In this document: positions 11,682 through 25,553 of the stretch, piece after piece
Numbering within the stretch: the stretch's first letter is position 1
Layout of the letters: every line of letters begins with the position of its first letter
Assembly: GCF_037042905.1 (NCBI RefSeq)
Contig: NC_087245.1
Location: 31,932,001 to 31,996,000, forward strand
DNA length: 64,000 nucleotides
Origin: Lytechinus pictus
Lineage: Eukaryota
Direction: 5' to 3'
The notes under the pieces: generated by a model
What the model saw: the letters and a program-made list of their open reading frames with translations, nothing else
Databases searched by the model: none
What the model was told of the DNA's origin: nothing
Translations under genes and position numbers: made by a program

Positions 11682-13340
11682 CAGTCAGACCGCAGGTCCC
11701 TATGCTAATGAGCAAAAAGGCCAGATTCATCCAAATCATCTCGTGGCTGAATCCTCCTCCTTGCAAAATCTCGTGATTCGTGAGATTGTCTTTCTCTAAG
11801 AATTTACCTGTTTTAATCTCAAGTTAAATGAAATATTATTGCACTATCAGATAGAGTAAAAGTTACTCTTACTATTGGTCATTTATTTTGTATACAATAT
11901 TTTGTTAAATAAGTAAATTTCTGGCCCGAAAATGTGCCTCAAAACTGAATTTTCTTCCCCTGTTTTCTTTTGCAAATTGTGCAAAACTTTTTATTTTGAG
12001 CCTCAATAATATCTCTATCACCATAAAGCTGAATATCTGTACTTTCTCACAATGCCACTCTTGATATGCGGCACCTTTTAAAGTGATCATTTCACTTTGT
12101 TCTGATTTAAAAAATTCTCCATTTGGTTCCTGAAAATGGGCTAAACATTAGGCTTATAGTGTAAAAATACCATCCCAAAAGTTTCAAAGTATTACATTTA
12201 CAGGATCAATTTTAAAACCTTGGAGATGTAAACCAAAGTTTGAAATAATTGGGAGTTGGTTTCAATGACTATGTGTATACAGGGAATCTGTGCACCACAA
12301 CACATTAATTCTAGATGAACACAGCATGACCTACATACAGTGTGTACAAGGTATACACTGAATGTACAGTGCAGCTAATAGTGTGTGTATAGGAGATACA
12401 CACAACAGAAGGCAGTCGAAATAGCCAACGGACTTTTTGAATTGGAGAAAACTGGTCATAAGCTGAACCCGTCTACTAGACGGTTCTCAAAATCAGGCTA
12501 ATAAAAGTGCTACTTGTATCTAAATTAGAGTTTTTCATCCTATATTGTGGCCTGTTTCAGGGTTTTTGAGGACAAATACAGGCACTCATACTCACGTTTC
12601 AACTCAGTTTGAGAATTTTTTAAATCAGCTGCTCACAAAGTTAAACGATCCCTTTAATCGGGTCAAGATCACACTTTTCCCACCAAGGTACAAGACGAGA
12701 TTTCTGAAATTTTGTACTTGCATGAAATCCAAAGTTCTGATTGGCTGGATAAGGATCACAGAACTGCAGGCGCGGGGTATTTGAGGAGATTACCACATGG
12801 GAAGTGCGACCTTCCCACGAACCCAGGCACTGGGACCGTTGGAATTTGCCATTGTGTGGTCTCTTTGACCAATCAGAGTGCAGTATTCTTGTTTTCAAAC
12901 TGCTTTATGTACTTGGCAAATGAAAAGTGTGATCTTGACCCGATTAAACCAATTCTTATTTTAAAACCTATATCATTTCAAAGCATATATATTCAGCTTT
13001 ATCATGATATAAAAATCATTTGGGCTCAAACAAAAATAAAGTGTGAAAATAGCAGCTTTTGTCAGGTGAAAATATTTATTTTGTAGCATATTTTAGATCA
13101 AAATTGTAACCTATATTACAAAATCTTTGAATAAATCAAAACACATGACCTGAAAGAATGATTCTTCCTCTTTACAATGGTACCAAATTCATGAAATTCG
13201 ATGCACAATTAGAGCAGCAATGACCGAATGAAAAGAGGTGTTTTGGTCCGCATCAAGCTCATTAAATATGCAAAACATCTCAAGTCATGAATATCACTTG
13301 GATGAAAGAAGCCACTTTCTTCGGACCTGCAGTCTGACTG
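11682..13340. mobile_element. 1.66-kb non-autonomous DNA transposon, 18-bp TIR, 5-bp TSD
   Basis: cagtcagaccgcaggtcc / ggacctgcagtctgactg (17/18 match); TSD ggaaa at 11677-11681 and 13341-13345. Confidence 0.88.
12658..12943. mobile_element. MITE nested in the 5-bp-TSD element, TTAA (or TA) target
   Basis: TIR tcgggtcaagatcacacttttc / gaaaagtgtgatcttgacccga, flanked by ttaa on both sides. Confidence 0.85.
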
Positions 13341-14149
13341 GGAAATGTTTTATATTAAGACCTTAAAATGGGCCGATCACTTTTAGAAGTCATGAAAAAG
13401 AAGCATATGTCACTACATAAAATGATAATAGCTCGAAGTGCGAGGAAATGTATTTGGTGTATATTAACTTGATTTGACAACGTCATGTCTCTCAAATATA
13501 CTTGAAAACTATAGTATTCCGAAAAAATATTTGATCTATTATATCTCGTTAAACAGACAATGCAAGCACCAGGAACAATGAAGACATGAGCCCTGAGCAA
13601 ATCATGTTTTATAAAGTTATGAAAAAAGTGTTTTTATGCAAAAACGTGATTATGTGTACAAAGTCAATGCAAATTGACATACATAAATGTATGATTATTT
13701 TTACTTTGGTTGGTTAAGATAGATTTATTTTATGTTATTTATTTTCGCAAAAGGATTTCCGACAAAGTCCATCGAAAAAAAACAATAAAAACAAAGGTTT
13801 GAAAAAACAAAGAAATACATAAGAATAAAAAAAACAATAAGATACATAATAAATTGATTATTTTTCTTCAATTTTGTTTAGATTATTGGTAGAAATGTAA
13901 AAAATTAGAATTCTACTAGCTTTATAAATTGAGTTAAAGGCAAGAACATACACAAAAACGCCTAATTAGGGCAAACTTCATACGTTTATTTGCATAATTA
14001 ATTAATTAAAAAAATGTAAGCAATTTCGGAAAATTTTACTATACGGTCTTGTAGTTTACATCCGGCTCTATGCACATGCAAATTTATGCGGCAATTGCGC
14101 AATCAACCGCCGAGATCTGAGGGGGGAGGTCAAATCGACCCCCCCCATT

Positions 14150-15260
14150 AATCAAACTCATTAAATATGCTAATTTATGTGCATTTTTTTCAAAATTCAC
14201 AAAAAATGCTTCTTTATTTATTGACCGATTTTGATTTTTTGCTTCCACCTGGTAGAGCTTTATGAAGTTCACCAAACTTCTACACAGAATTTTGAAATTT
14301 TGACTAGAATTTTTTTTATGCTAATTCAAGCGAAATTTTTTAATGCATATTTTTCAAAATTCACATAAAATGCTTCTTTATTTGTTGACTGATTTGATTT
14401 TTTTTCTTCTTCCATCTGGTATAGCTTCATGAGGTTCACCAAACTTCTACATAGAATTTTGAAATTTTGACTAGAAAATCTTTTATTCTAATTTATGCGA
14501 AATGTTTGCTAATTTATGCAAAATTTATTCATAAATCACAGAAAATGCCTCTTCATTTGTTGACCGATTTTGATTTTGTTTTCTTCCATCTGGTTGAGCT
14601 GCATGAGGTTCACAAACTTCAACACATAATTTTGACTAGAAAATTACTTATGCTAATTTATGCAAAATGTATTAATAATCACAAATAAAGCTTTATTAGT
14701 TGGTCAATTTTGATTTTTTTCCTCCATCTGGTGGAGCTACATGAGGGTCACCAAACTTCCACACAGAATTTTTAAATGTTGACTAGAAAATTATGCTAAT
14801 TTGTGATATTTATGCGAAATTTATCAATAAATCACAAAAAATGCTTATTTCTCCTTCATTTTCCAATTTCAATTTTGTTTGCTTTATATGATAGCTCTAG
14901 GTGGGGGATACAAAATTAGAAACTCATTAAATATGCTGCATGTATTTCATGCATATTTTTGAAAACTCACAATAAATGCTTCTTATTTATTTGTTAACCG
15001 TTTTTGATTTTTTTTTGTTCCATCTGAGAGCTACATGGGGTTCACCAATGTTTTACACAGAATTAAGAAATTTTGACTAGAAATTTTTTTTTTTTCATAA
15101 ATCACAAAAAAGCTCTCATTTATTCATCAATTTCAATTCTGTTTCCTCAATTTATGTCACCAATATAATTCACTACATTGTCAACTGGGCTGAAATTAAA
15201 AATTGTGTTCAATTTCTTTGTGAGTTGCCGGATGAGCTCCACATCATTGATGTGCTAGTA
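14150..15260 (+). mobile_element. Helentron/HINE-like element with ~185-bp internal tandem units
   Basis: About 5 repeats of ccatctggtagagct..gaggttcaccaaacttctacacagaattttgaaattttgactagaa; ends with hairpin cacatc-att-gatgtg followed by ctagt. Confidence 0.6.
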
Positions 15261-15473
15261 TTGTATTAATTTACCTTTTTAAAGTCAATGATTAAGCCCA
15301 TCAGTAGCTGAAGTAACCTTATTTTATGATTTGGCCCGATAACTTGTAATGTAACTACATGTACTACTACTTCTAGCATCATTAGTGTATGAAAAGTAGG
15401 AATGGAAATATTTCTTTTTTTTCTTAAAGTGAATAGTCTTGTGTATCATGTGACAGAAACTCAGATTCATTAA

Positions 15474-16056
15474 AGGGATGGTCCGGGCTGAAAGTATTTA
15501 TTGCTTAATAAATAGAGTAGAATTCACTGAGCAAAATGCCAAAAATTTCATCAAAATCGGATAACAAATAACAAAGTTATTGAATTTTAAAGTTTAGCAA
15601 TATTTTGCGAAAACAGTCATCATGAATATTCATTAGATGGGCTGATGATTTCACATCCCCACTTGTTCTTTTGTATTTTATTATATGAAATTAGGTTTAT
15701 TCAATTTTTTTCCTCCAATAACTAGAAAAATTGGATTGACAACCTGATTTAGTGCATTAGATATTTATTGCTGCAACTTATTTCATTATAAGGGAGACAT
15801 ATTATTCACACAAGTATGAAATAATGAAAAAAATATGATTTTATGTAATAACATAAGAAAACGGAAAGTGGAGATGTGACATCATCAGCCCAGCTAATGA
15901 ATATTCATGACGACTGTTTTCACAAAATATTACTAAACTTTAAACTCAAATAACTTTATTATTTGTTATCCGATTTTGATGAAATTTTTGGCATTTTGCC
16001 CAGTGAATTCTACTCTATGTATTAAGATATAAATATTTTCAGCTCGGACCATCCCT
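15474..16056. mobile_element. TTAA-flanked foldback MITE (Kolobok-like)
   Basis: ttaa|agggatggtccgggctgaaa ... tttcagctcggaccatccct|ttaa; TIR about 190 bp. Confidence 0.9.
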
Positions 16057-16499
16057 TTAAGTTGTATGTGGTATTAAAGAATGACCATGTGCCATCCATT
16101 GACCACCCATTAACAAAATGGATGTACCAAACAAACCCATATTGATGTTCTGAAAGTATTATTTAGACTGGGATTTTTTGTCTCTAAATTATTTTGGAAT
16201 TTGTTCTTCCTAAAATGCAAAACAAGAGTATTTTCCTAATTTTGAATTCCAGTAAATTTAAAACTTGATAAAACCTTTCATTGATACTTCTCTGCAATCA
16301 AGACAGGAAGTGCCTAATTACTGTGTCAAAGTAGTTCTAGGCTGATTTGAATGAGTTCTAATCCTCTTTTTGTCACCTTGTACAATAGTGTGAGGGTAAG
16401 TGTGCTTCAATAGACTTGCCAAATTTAATCCCTCTTTTGTCAAAAGTAAACATCTGTGGGAGTCAAAGTTCTTCTCTTGGTAATGAGGGTTATAACATC

Positions 16500-17874
16500 C
16501 AGTGGCGTAGCTAGGATTTTTTTCCTGGGGGGGTCCTTGCTTTTTCAGGGGGGGGGGGGGGAACATTGTTTTCTGTGTGTGTGTGTATATACTATGTCAC
16601 AAGGGCAGATCCGACTGGGGGTGGAGCCCGAAATTATCTTCACCTATATTTTCCCCGATCAGTCACTTCTATAAAACAACCTAAATAGGAAATAATCTCA
16701 TAAGCCCTATATAAAAAAGTGCGAGCACGAAGCGCGAGTGATTTTTTTTATCTTTTATTTATTTTGTCCTGAAAATTGAACATTCTGGGCACAGTTTAAT
16801 CATGAACAAGATGTGTATGTAACAAGATAATTACTGCAAACGCGAATGAGCAGAAATTTTTAATAAATGTTCTGGCATGATCGGAAACAGACCTGTTAAG
16901 GACTGTTTACAGCTACCCACGAATTCGGTACATATATCAATAATGGGAGCGTGAAGCGGGAGCTAAAACTTCATTTCGACCTAAATAATTGACATTCTAA
17001 GCACTTTTTGTAATCATAAATGGGATAGGTACATGTATGTAACTAAACAATTTGGAAGAAAATTAAGATTTTAGACCTAAAAGTGGGACACTCTATTCAT
17101 ATTTTGTATATTATGAATAGGATATGGTTAATTGGGTATCATTGATAATTATTGATATTCTGATCTGAAACTGGATAAGCATATTTTAAATAAAGAACAT
17201 GCAGGCTATCTCAATAAACACGCGTGCGCATATTTTAGATTTAGAACTAGAATCTTGGCATTCTGAATACATTTTTATAATCATGAAGATCAATAATGCA
17301 AGCGTGAGCTGAAAACATTTGATATTACGATCTGAAGAGGGTCAATTTAAAAAACTATTTCAAGTACTGTGTAGGAAAATTGTGAAGTGGATGTGGATCA
17401 CACTTTATAATGAAAGATTTGTTTATCTAACATGCGTAATGACAACGTGGAAGTTTTTGTTTTTAAGGCTTGACAACTAGAAATAAAAAAATAGGCCTAC
17501 GTTTTGACAGTCACATCTGAAAATTGATATTTTGAGAACTTTATGGAATACACGAAGACAAGGAACTTGGCAATCAAATAATGCGACCACGCAGCGTGAG
17601 CTTAAAATGTTGATAATTATGTAGACCATATTAACGGACATTTTACAGAGTGTATTAAATTTGTAAATGAAAAAAAAATAATGAAAGCTCGATGTCCGAG
17701 ATGAAATATGTTTTGTATATTGACTTCAAAACTTGACATTTTAAGCTCCATATCAGCCTATTGAGCAAGATATGAATCTCATCGAACAGGAAATTCGAGC
17801 GTGAAGCGCGAGCGAACAATTTTTTCAGGGGGGGCAGCCGGGGGGGGGGGGGGGGGCACGTAGCTACGCCACTG
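16500..17874. mobile_element. hAT-like non-autonomous element, 8-bp TSD
   Basis: cagtggcgtagcta / tagctacgccactg; flanks ataacatc / ttaacatc (7/8). Confidence 0.85.
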
Positions 17875-18522
17875 TTAACATCCAATACTCATGCATGAAT
17901 TATATATCATTATGAAGCTAAGATTCCCCTATTTCTGTTGGCATATTCAACTGAAAATCAATTTCTGGTGACTTCTGTGGGGTATGTAGCAATGTCAAAA
18001 TCAATATTTCCCCAAATATTACCATTTCACTAAGCTACATAAATTTAAAGAGAGTTTAAGGATATTACTTAATTTCATACACTTATTTGTATGATTAAGT
18101 TACATTTCTCCATTTTATAGCACCTTCCAGAATACCAGGGGTGCTGCCTACGGAGAATAATAAATGAATCACCCCAAGGCAAATCTAGCACCTCTGCTTC
18201 CCAGGGCCATGGCATCACCTAATGTTTTGTTGTTCAGTAGAAAAAATGCTCTTTGAGAGGTTTGAAGGCAAGCGGGTTAAGATCAGTGCAAATACAAATG
18301 GAAATCTATCCTGAAACTGTTTAAGGCAAGTTTTTAGAATGCTTAGTTAATAGGTTACCAAAACCTTGTTGATATCATGGATCTCTGAATGAATGATTAA
18401 GCCCACCAAACCATACAGTAGATCTGAAACTTAGGCAATAATTTTGTTAGACTTCTTGCAACAGTTCTGAGATCTACTGAAGTATTAATAAGTCATTTTA
18501 ATTTGTATTCTATCTATTCAAG

Positions 18523-18642
18523 ATCAACCCTCCCGAGGAAGAAAACGTCTGATGGTTTATTTTGCTGACAGAGAGACAGAGTCTGACTCCTCTCATTGCT
18601 CTGAAGCTGTATCACGTACGTGTAGAAGGAACTTCAGCAAAA
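18523..18642 (+). pseudogene. Exon DQPSRGRKRLMVYFADRETESDSSHCSEAVSRTCRRNFSK
   Basis: 120-bp open exon, caag|...|gtaagc, phase 1-1; joins in frame to the exon at 21539. Confidence 0.6.
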
Positions 18643-19033
18643 GTAAGCTATTTTTAAGTTAAAATTTTACATAATGATAATTTTATGTTACATTTTGCAC
18701 TTTGTTTTACCTGTACAAATGTAACTTGTAAGATAATGATGATAATAGCAGGGCCCGCTGGGAGATCAGGTTTTAGAACTGCATGAGTGGATACCCTAGT
18801 TATTAAATGAGCTACTATGGGCTAAGGAACGAATGAGAGCATTTGTCGTTTGATAAATCAATTGGAATCTTAATTTGTAACTGTCAATCTAGATCTAACT
18901 GATTAGACTGACAAGAGTAATCTTGATTTGGTAGTCATTGCATTTTCATATGTCTGTTGTCACAACATTTGGGAAATTAATTTGAAGCTATTTCCATGTC
19001 ACAATATCACAATTAAAGGTCATTTCAGGTTAA

Positions 19034-21308
19034 CTCGCATTAAACAGGGGGAGGCTGGGAGGGGGTCCCCAACAAATTTTTTCACTATGCAGCTGCGCGA
19101 ATATATTTTTTTTCCGCGCTGCTCCCTGACTTTTACTTTTAAATATTGCACATCTTTTGAAACCAAATTTGTGATGCCTGGGTATGCGGTTGAGAAATAA
19201 CACAACATTTTTTAAAGCAATTGCTCCAAAATGTGATTCTGTATACAATGCAAACTCTGTTTCTCAACCAAAAATCATAAATGTATGCACATTTTATTTT
19301 TGTTTATGTTTTGTGCTATTATTGATTGCGAAAGGGTCAGGGTTGGCTGATTTAAATCACGTTGATTTAAATCATGATTTAAATCACTTCCATTGAAACG
19401 TGTACAAATGATAGAAATTTTTTTTATTTGTGGCTAATTTATTTTTAATCAAAATTGAAAGATTTTATCAACTTTATATCATCAAAACATGAATAAATAC
19501 TTCATATCTACTCTCCAAACAATTGAAATCATGTCATTAAAAATCAGGATAATATTGCATTATAGCCTATAAAGTGGTGAACACTCGCCCCCTACTCCAC
19601 TTGCACTATGATTTTAAAAAAATCATTGATTTTAAATAACTTACATTGAAACATGTACAAATGATTGACATGTGGCAGTAATATTTTTTTTTACTCAAAA
19701 CAGAAAGATTTTATCAACGTTATATCATCAAAACAAAATCCTTCATATCTACTCAAAACAATTGAAATCATATGTTTAAGACAGGTTGATCTTGCAATGT
19801 ACATGTAGCCTATATCGGTTAACACTTTATATGCAGCTGTACACCCACAGCAATAATGGTACTCCAGAACAAACAAAATATGTTTAAAAAAAGGAATTCA
19901 AAGAGTAAAAACTGAATTTATACTATCATAGGCCTGAATTTAGCCAAGGCCTGTTCATACTTTCTGTACAATTGTGCTCATTCAGCAGGTACACTGAGAA
20001 AGGGTCAATAATGCACAGAAAATTGAGTGCAATAATACACAAAATCTGCATAGTCCCTGGTTTTATCCCATTAGTATAACATTTTATTACATGTATTTAA
20101 AGCTGTAGAACCAGGTGTTCTTATTCCTAGCAAAACTGCTAAGAACTGCCAAATTAATATTTCAGGTTTATTGTACTAGAAACCTCCCACTTCCTCGATT
20201 GTACGAAAATAAATAATTAAAATATACTTGCAACTTTTTCCCAGTAACTCACAGCTTTGCAAACAATGCTTTGAACAGTAAAAAAGTTCAAATTGTGGCT
20301 CAAATAACAAAGGATGTTTAACAAATAAAATAAATTGTAGTTTTTTTTAACACATTATTTTCTGTTCTTGGCATGAAAATCGAGAATTTTTCTCTTTGGA
20401 GAATGTGAGTTTCTGAGTCATGGAATTCTTCCAAAGAAACTGATCCTCGTTTCATGTTTGAATAGGAATACGGTACTAACTTTGCTGTACCAAGACCCAA
20501 ACCATTCAGTAGGAGCTAAATACCTTATACGAGAGGATGCAGAAAACAGCCTCGTCATCATGACTTTCAATACGGTACTCAATATAAATTCTATTTTGAC
20601 TGGAGTTTATTATCATGAAATAGAATAGAACTTAATGATAATTTTAGTTTCAAAATGTATGATTTTGATTATGACTTCAGTGTAAGGGTTATATTTTTGG
20701 TGTTTCCACTCTGTTTGAGAAATTTTTGTAAAAAAAAAAAAAATCAAATAAATCTGATTTAGATAAAAAAAAATCTGATTTAAATAAAATAAATCTGATT
20801 TTTTAAATCTAAAACAAATTCTTAAAAAATCGCCAACCCTGGAAACAAATTCCAACAAATTTCATGTAAAATAATGATGATTTGAATAAAAGAAAGACAT
20901 ACATACACTATATAAAAAAATAAAAGGCATACAATTTAATTATGTTTTGGCATTTTTTTTGGGGGGGGATATTTGTTAGAAATGAAGAATTTGATATTTT
21001 CACCAAAAATTAATATTGCACTATTTACATGTACATAAAGTGAGAGTAAACTAAAAGGCAAAAACCTTAAAGATTTACGGAAAATGTCATACTTATTTGC
21101 ACAATTAATTACTAGTAATAAAAAAAAATAAAAAAAAAAATTAAAAAAAGCTTAACTATACAACTGTCTCGTGGTTTACATATGGCTCGAGGTGCATGCA
21201 AATTTCTGTGGTGATCTTGCAATCAGCGGCCAAGATCTGAAGGGGGGGGGTCATTCGACCCGACCCCCCCAGTAATTCATGGTCTGAAATAACGTAGTTA
21301 AATTAGGG
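19034..21308. mobile_element. piggyBac-like TTAA MITE interrupted by a hAT-like element (19338-20841)
   Basis: ttaa ... agggttaa ends; similar to copies at 26359 and ~30966. The inner element has ends cagggttggc / gccaaccctg with gatttaaat repeats; its TSD is not clear. Confidence 0.6.
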
Positions 21309-21538
21309 TTAAGAGATTATTGTCTCACCTGCATAGCAGAGTGAGACTATAGGTGCCGCTTTTTCCGACGTCGGCGTCAATACCAAATCTTAACCGAAGG
21401 CTAAGTTTTTTAAATGACAGCATAACTTAAAAAGTATATGGACCTAGTTCATGAAACTTGGCCAAAAGGTGAATTAAGTATTACTGAACATCCTGGTACA
21501 TTCATGCCCTGATGTTTTTGTTTTTGATGACTTTACAG

Positions 21539-21789
21539 AGCGAAATGCAGCCTGTCTGGAATTAGCGGCAATACTGAGGATGAAATGCTGCAGAAGTTAT
21601 TGTCTTCATAAGATATCAAGAATAGATGCAAGCAAGGCCCACAGAAGATTTCAGAACAATACTCTAGCAGATCAGAGGCTATGGATTTTGCAGTACCTTA
21701 TTGAACATCACAACTTTGTAAACATGGGTGGAGACTCATCCTTGGGATTACTAGGACCCGCTTATGGAAGATGGAGTCAGGATTAGCAG
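21539..21789 (+). pseudogene. Exon with Cys-rich N-terminal transposase motifs (KCCRSYCLHK...QRLWILQYL / LCKHGWRLILGITRTRLWKM)
   Basis: acag| acceptor and |gtaaat donor; a frameshifting indel near 21715-21720 separates the two conserved blocks. Confidence 0.75.
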
Positions 21790-23054
21790 GTAAATGGTTC
21801 AAGAGGTATCCTTTAACATGACTAGTACCATTCTTGTAAAATTAAATCATGATACATACTTTAAACTTTCTTTTTTTTTCACTTAATTTATTTATAAGGG
21901 ATTATAGTTTTACATGTTGTCTCTTAGGATCTGGTTCTGCTATAATCATTGGTGCAGGAGCTAAACCCAACACGCTTATAAAGGACAATTCTTTGGTTCA
22001 CTTGATAGTCACAGATGTCTTTTCCCAAACATTACAATTATTCAAGCACAAATTCCATGTGAAAATGGGTCTCTGTGCTTATTTAGGAGATGGGGAAGGG
22101 GAGTCTGCTTGTTTTAATCTCAAACAAGTCTTTAACATATTGTTATATGTGCATGCTGGAGAGAAAGATACATGTAATGAAGAGGAGTGCTGATATGATA
22201 AGACAACTGCAGGAAGCTTGATTGTAGGGATAGAGTAAAGAAAGTCAAAATCCTCCTTACAATGAAAGGTGCGTTAATATCAAATTTTTTCGACGAATAC
22301 TGGTCTAAAAAATGGACTTAAAAGCATTAAAATTGGACATACAAGACCTTGGATATCAAAATTTAGTACACCCAAAATTTCACCAGCAGAAATGTGGTTA
22401 TCACCTATTTCTTTACTCAGTCTTTCCATTGCTTGGCTTGGAATTTAGAACGTGGATAATTCACCCAAATAGAATTTCAAAGGGTAAAAAAATACCAAGT
22501 ACATGTACAAGGGTTACCAAGTTCAAATCAATTTTCAAAAATATTACATTGCTAATTAATTATGCCAATGTATTATGCTAATTTATGCATAAAAAAACCT
22601 TTCCTCTATCTAAATAAGGCCCTTTTGCTAAAAATAATTCAATATCGCAATTATTATTTTTATATATATCATTATTTCTAGAATTCTGATAGATTTTTTT
22701 GTTTTTTATTGATTTTTTTGATGGAAATCATTGTTACTCTGACCATAGACAACATGATATTTATTATGTTTAATCAGTGAAAGGAGAAAAGGTAATACAT
22801 TTATGAACTTGGGCTAAAAACACTATTTGCATCGTATTTGAACAAAAATTCATGTTTTGGGGCAGTTTGGGGTCTGTATGCACTAACAAAATATTGGGTA
22901 ATTTTGGAACCATGTATTCAGGGGTCGCAAGTTTATTCTCAAAAGTTGTGTGAGACTTTAAAATGAAAATTTAGTCAATGGCGCAGTCAGACAATTTCGC
23001 ACGGCAGATATATCACAAAAAATGTTGAGGGGAAATCTGAATCAGGGTTAATGT

Positions 23055-23336
23055 GGAGCGTTGTGGCCCAGTGGATTAGTCTTCGGACTTTGAAACAGAG
23101 GGTCGTGGGTTCGAATCCCAGCCATGGCGTAATTTCCTTCAGCAAGAAACTGATCCACAATGTGCTGCACTCAACCCAGGTGAGGTAAATGGGTACCGGT
23201 AGGAAGTAATTCCTTAAAAAGCTGTGTGCGCTATGAACGCCTAGCTTAGCCGGGTAATATAGGAGCGCCTTGAGCACCTAACAAGGTGGATATGTGCGCA
23301 ATATAAATACCCTATATTATTATTATTATTATTAAT
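23055..23336 (+). mobile_element. tRNA-derived SINE
   Basis: A box tggcccagtgg, B box ggttcgaatcc, central ctcaacccaggtgaggtaaatgggtacc block and (tat)n tail; near-identical head at 39076. Confidence 0.9.
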
Positions 23337-23630
23337 TATAAAACCAGAGATTTTGCATTTTATTGAAAATTTTATTGAAATAACTTCCTATTTCTATCAC
23401 ATTTCATGAAGCTGTTTTGAAACCAAGTAGATTTGATATACTTGACTATGTATTCCCGAACATAAACACAGGTCTTTAGGTGATCTACAATAATATAGCA
23501 TACTTTGCTGGCTTTAGCAGTGCAGCTGCTACAATGGTATAGCACCCAACTATGATGATGTTAACTACTATTCCTTGAAAAATTTAGAAAATATACATTG
23601 TGTAATTCTCTCTTTATTTGTTCATTCCAG

Positions 23631-23752
23631 GTGAACCGGTTTTCGAAATGCGACATATGCACCAAACTGAAATCTTGCCTAGAGATGACAACTGGCAGAG
23701 AAGAGAGACAAACTTTACTGCAAGAAAGAGAGTCACACCTTTTCCAGCAAAA
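23631..23752 (+). pseudogene. Exon VNRFSKCDICTKLKSCLEMTTGREERQTLLQERESHLFQQ (CxxC..H motif)
   Basis: Polypyrimidine tract plus ccag| acceptor and |gtaagt donor; the FSKCDIC motif is typical of DUF7869-type proteins. Confidence 0.8.
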
Positions 23753-24157
23753 GTAAGTTTCAATGAAATATTTGATAGTGTATATGTACATGTATTTAGA
23801 TTTAATTCTCACAGCCTTCCAGGATAAGTATAATTTATATGTCATGGATGTCAGCCCGGAAGACTAGCCTCCACAATTATCAATCTTTATTCACTTGCCA
23901 TCTTTCTTCCCTCTTCTTTTGTTTAAATGTGGTATTTTCAAAGTATATGCAGAGATACAATGTTGAGGGCTTGAGGCAATTTAAATTCACATTTCAGTGG
24001 TACGCGAGAGTTGCAGGGGCAGGGATAAGAACACTCAACACCACATGTAATCCTGGATGTCCATCATGTAATCTAACAGAATGTATTCTAGAATTTGCAA
24101 TTACTTCCTATTTTTATCAGAAATTTCATGAAGCTTTTTTATTTTACTAAGTAGAGA

Positions 24158-25553
24158 CAACCGCGTAGCCAGGATTTCATTTTGGAGGGGGCGGTAAATG
24201 CATGCGAAGCGTGCCAACACTCACAGAGCGCGCAAAGCGCGCTCCCTAGGGGGTGGGTGCAGGGAGGGGGAGTTTCCCCCTCCCGTGCGAAGCTTTCGGT
24301 GTTTCTTAAATTAAAATGAAAAGGAGCCGTCTCTCTTGTCTCTAGTACCTATATCAGCTCCAATTAAGTTGACTATATTTTGATTTTGAACCTTGTTTTT
24401 AAAAGTGATTGTGAACGCACAAAAAGGGATAAAATGGAGAAAATTACAATAATATTTACCCAGTGCGAAGCGTGAAAGCTAAAGCGTTTTATCAAGTTTT
24501 TTCTAAAGAAAAGGGTCCCGAGATAAGGGTATTCCCTAAGTTATACTGAATGCTTCCCTTGGAAAGATCAGATATGATTACAAACAATTTAGCGGCAGTG
24601 CATATCTTTAACTCGCAAAACAAGAAGGGTATATGCCGGGAGGAGAGCAATAAAACTCTGAAATTTCAAGGGGCGGACGTTTCATCAAATGCAGATATCT
24701 CTACCCCATCGGCTCTAATTCAATCGATTTTCTAAGATTATTGAACTTCATTACAAGGAAAATAGTGTGCAAAAAGTTGCAACTTCTGTGATTTATTGAA
24801 ATTATGTAAAAAAGGATGATGTATAATTTATTTGATTTATCCTGAATCGCTTAATTTTGAATGATAAAGAAACTTAAGTGTCATTCAAAATTTCAAACTG
24901 AGGGCGCAAAACAGGACAGGAGATGAATGTGCAGGGAAATTTTAATAGAATTTGATTTAAAAAATATTGTACTTTTTTTTATTAAATACAAATTTTATAC
25001 CTTCCTCTTTTAAAATTAGGATCCTGTTTGCCCCCAAATTCTGGTTGTTTAGTAATGAGCTGAAAAGCAGGAGAAGTTGCCTATATATGGAGGTGACGGC
25101 AGAAATTGATATAAAGATTTTACCCGCCCGGAGTCGACCCAACCAGAAGTTGCGCGATCAATTTGAAAATATATATATACTTCGGTCTAACCTTACTCTT
25201 ATTCCATGCCCTAATGTATACATTTAACTTTAACTGGCAAGAAACACATAGCTGAGGTCGAAAAACAGGGTTAGAGAAAGGGTTAGGGAAACAAAGGAGA
25301 ACTGCAATATTGTAATTTAACTGCATGCAGCGCGGAAACAAAATTCATATAAATTTAGAGCAAGAGTGAAGAAGTTTCTGTTTTGAGAAAAAAATAAAGA
25401 ATAAAAAGAAAAACCCACAAAGCTACCTTTCTTCCCTTTCCTCCATTCGCTTTTCCTTTTCTCCTCTTTTTTTTTTTTTTTTTTTTCTTTTTGGGGACGT
25501 TTGGGTGGGGGGGGGGGGGGCGACCGCCCCCCCCCCCCCTGGCTACACGCCTG
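24158..25553 (+). mobile_element. hAT-like non-autonomous element, perfect 8-bp TSD
   Basis: TSD agtagaga (24150-24157 and 25554-25561); ends caaccgcgtagccagg / cctggctacacgcctg. Confidence 0.88.

Larger units (their letters stand above)
10470..13635 (+). mobile_element. hAT-like non-autonomous element with internal gcgagcgcgaagcgcgagctgaaa repeats, carrying nested inserts
   Basis: Starts cagttgcgtaccgtggg; internal tandem units; homologous to the inverted copy at 35155-36025. Right end not seen. Confidence 0.65.

Noticed and set aside
21849..22270. Missing transposase exon within ORF 21849-22193
   Set aside because: No expected motifs or convincing donor in any frame examined.
23055..23126. 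tRNA-Gln(TTG) gene (also 39076 and the tRNA-like head at 57882)
   Set aside because: The acceptor stem does not pair well and the sequence continues into a SINE body and tail present in multiple copies.
23618..23827. ORF-track protein MFIPGEPVFEMRH...
   Set aside because: Wrong frame; the conserved reading is VNRFSKCDIC in the spliced exon 23631-23752.
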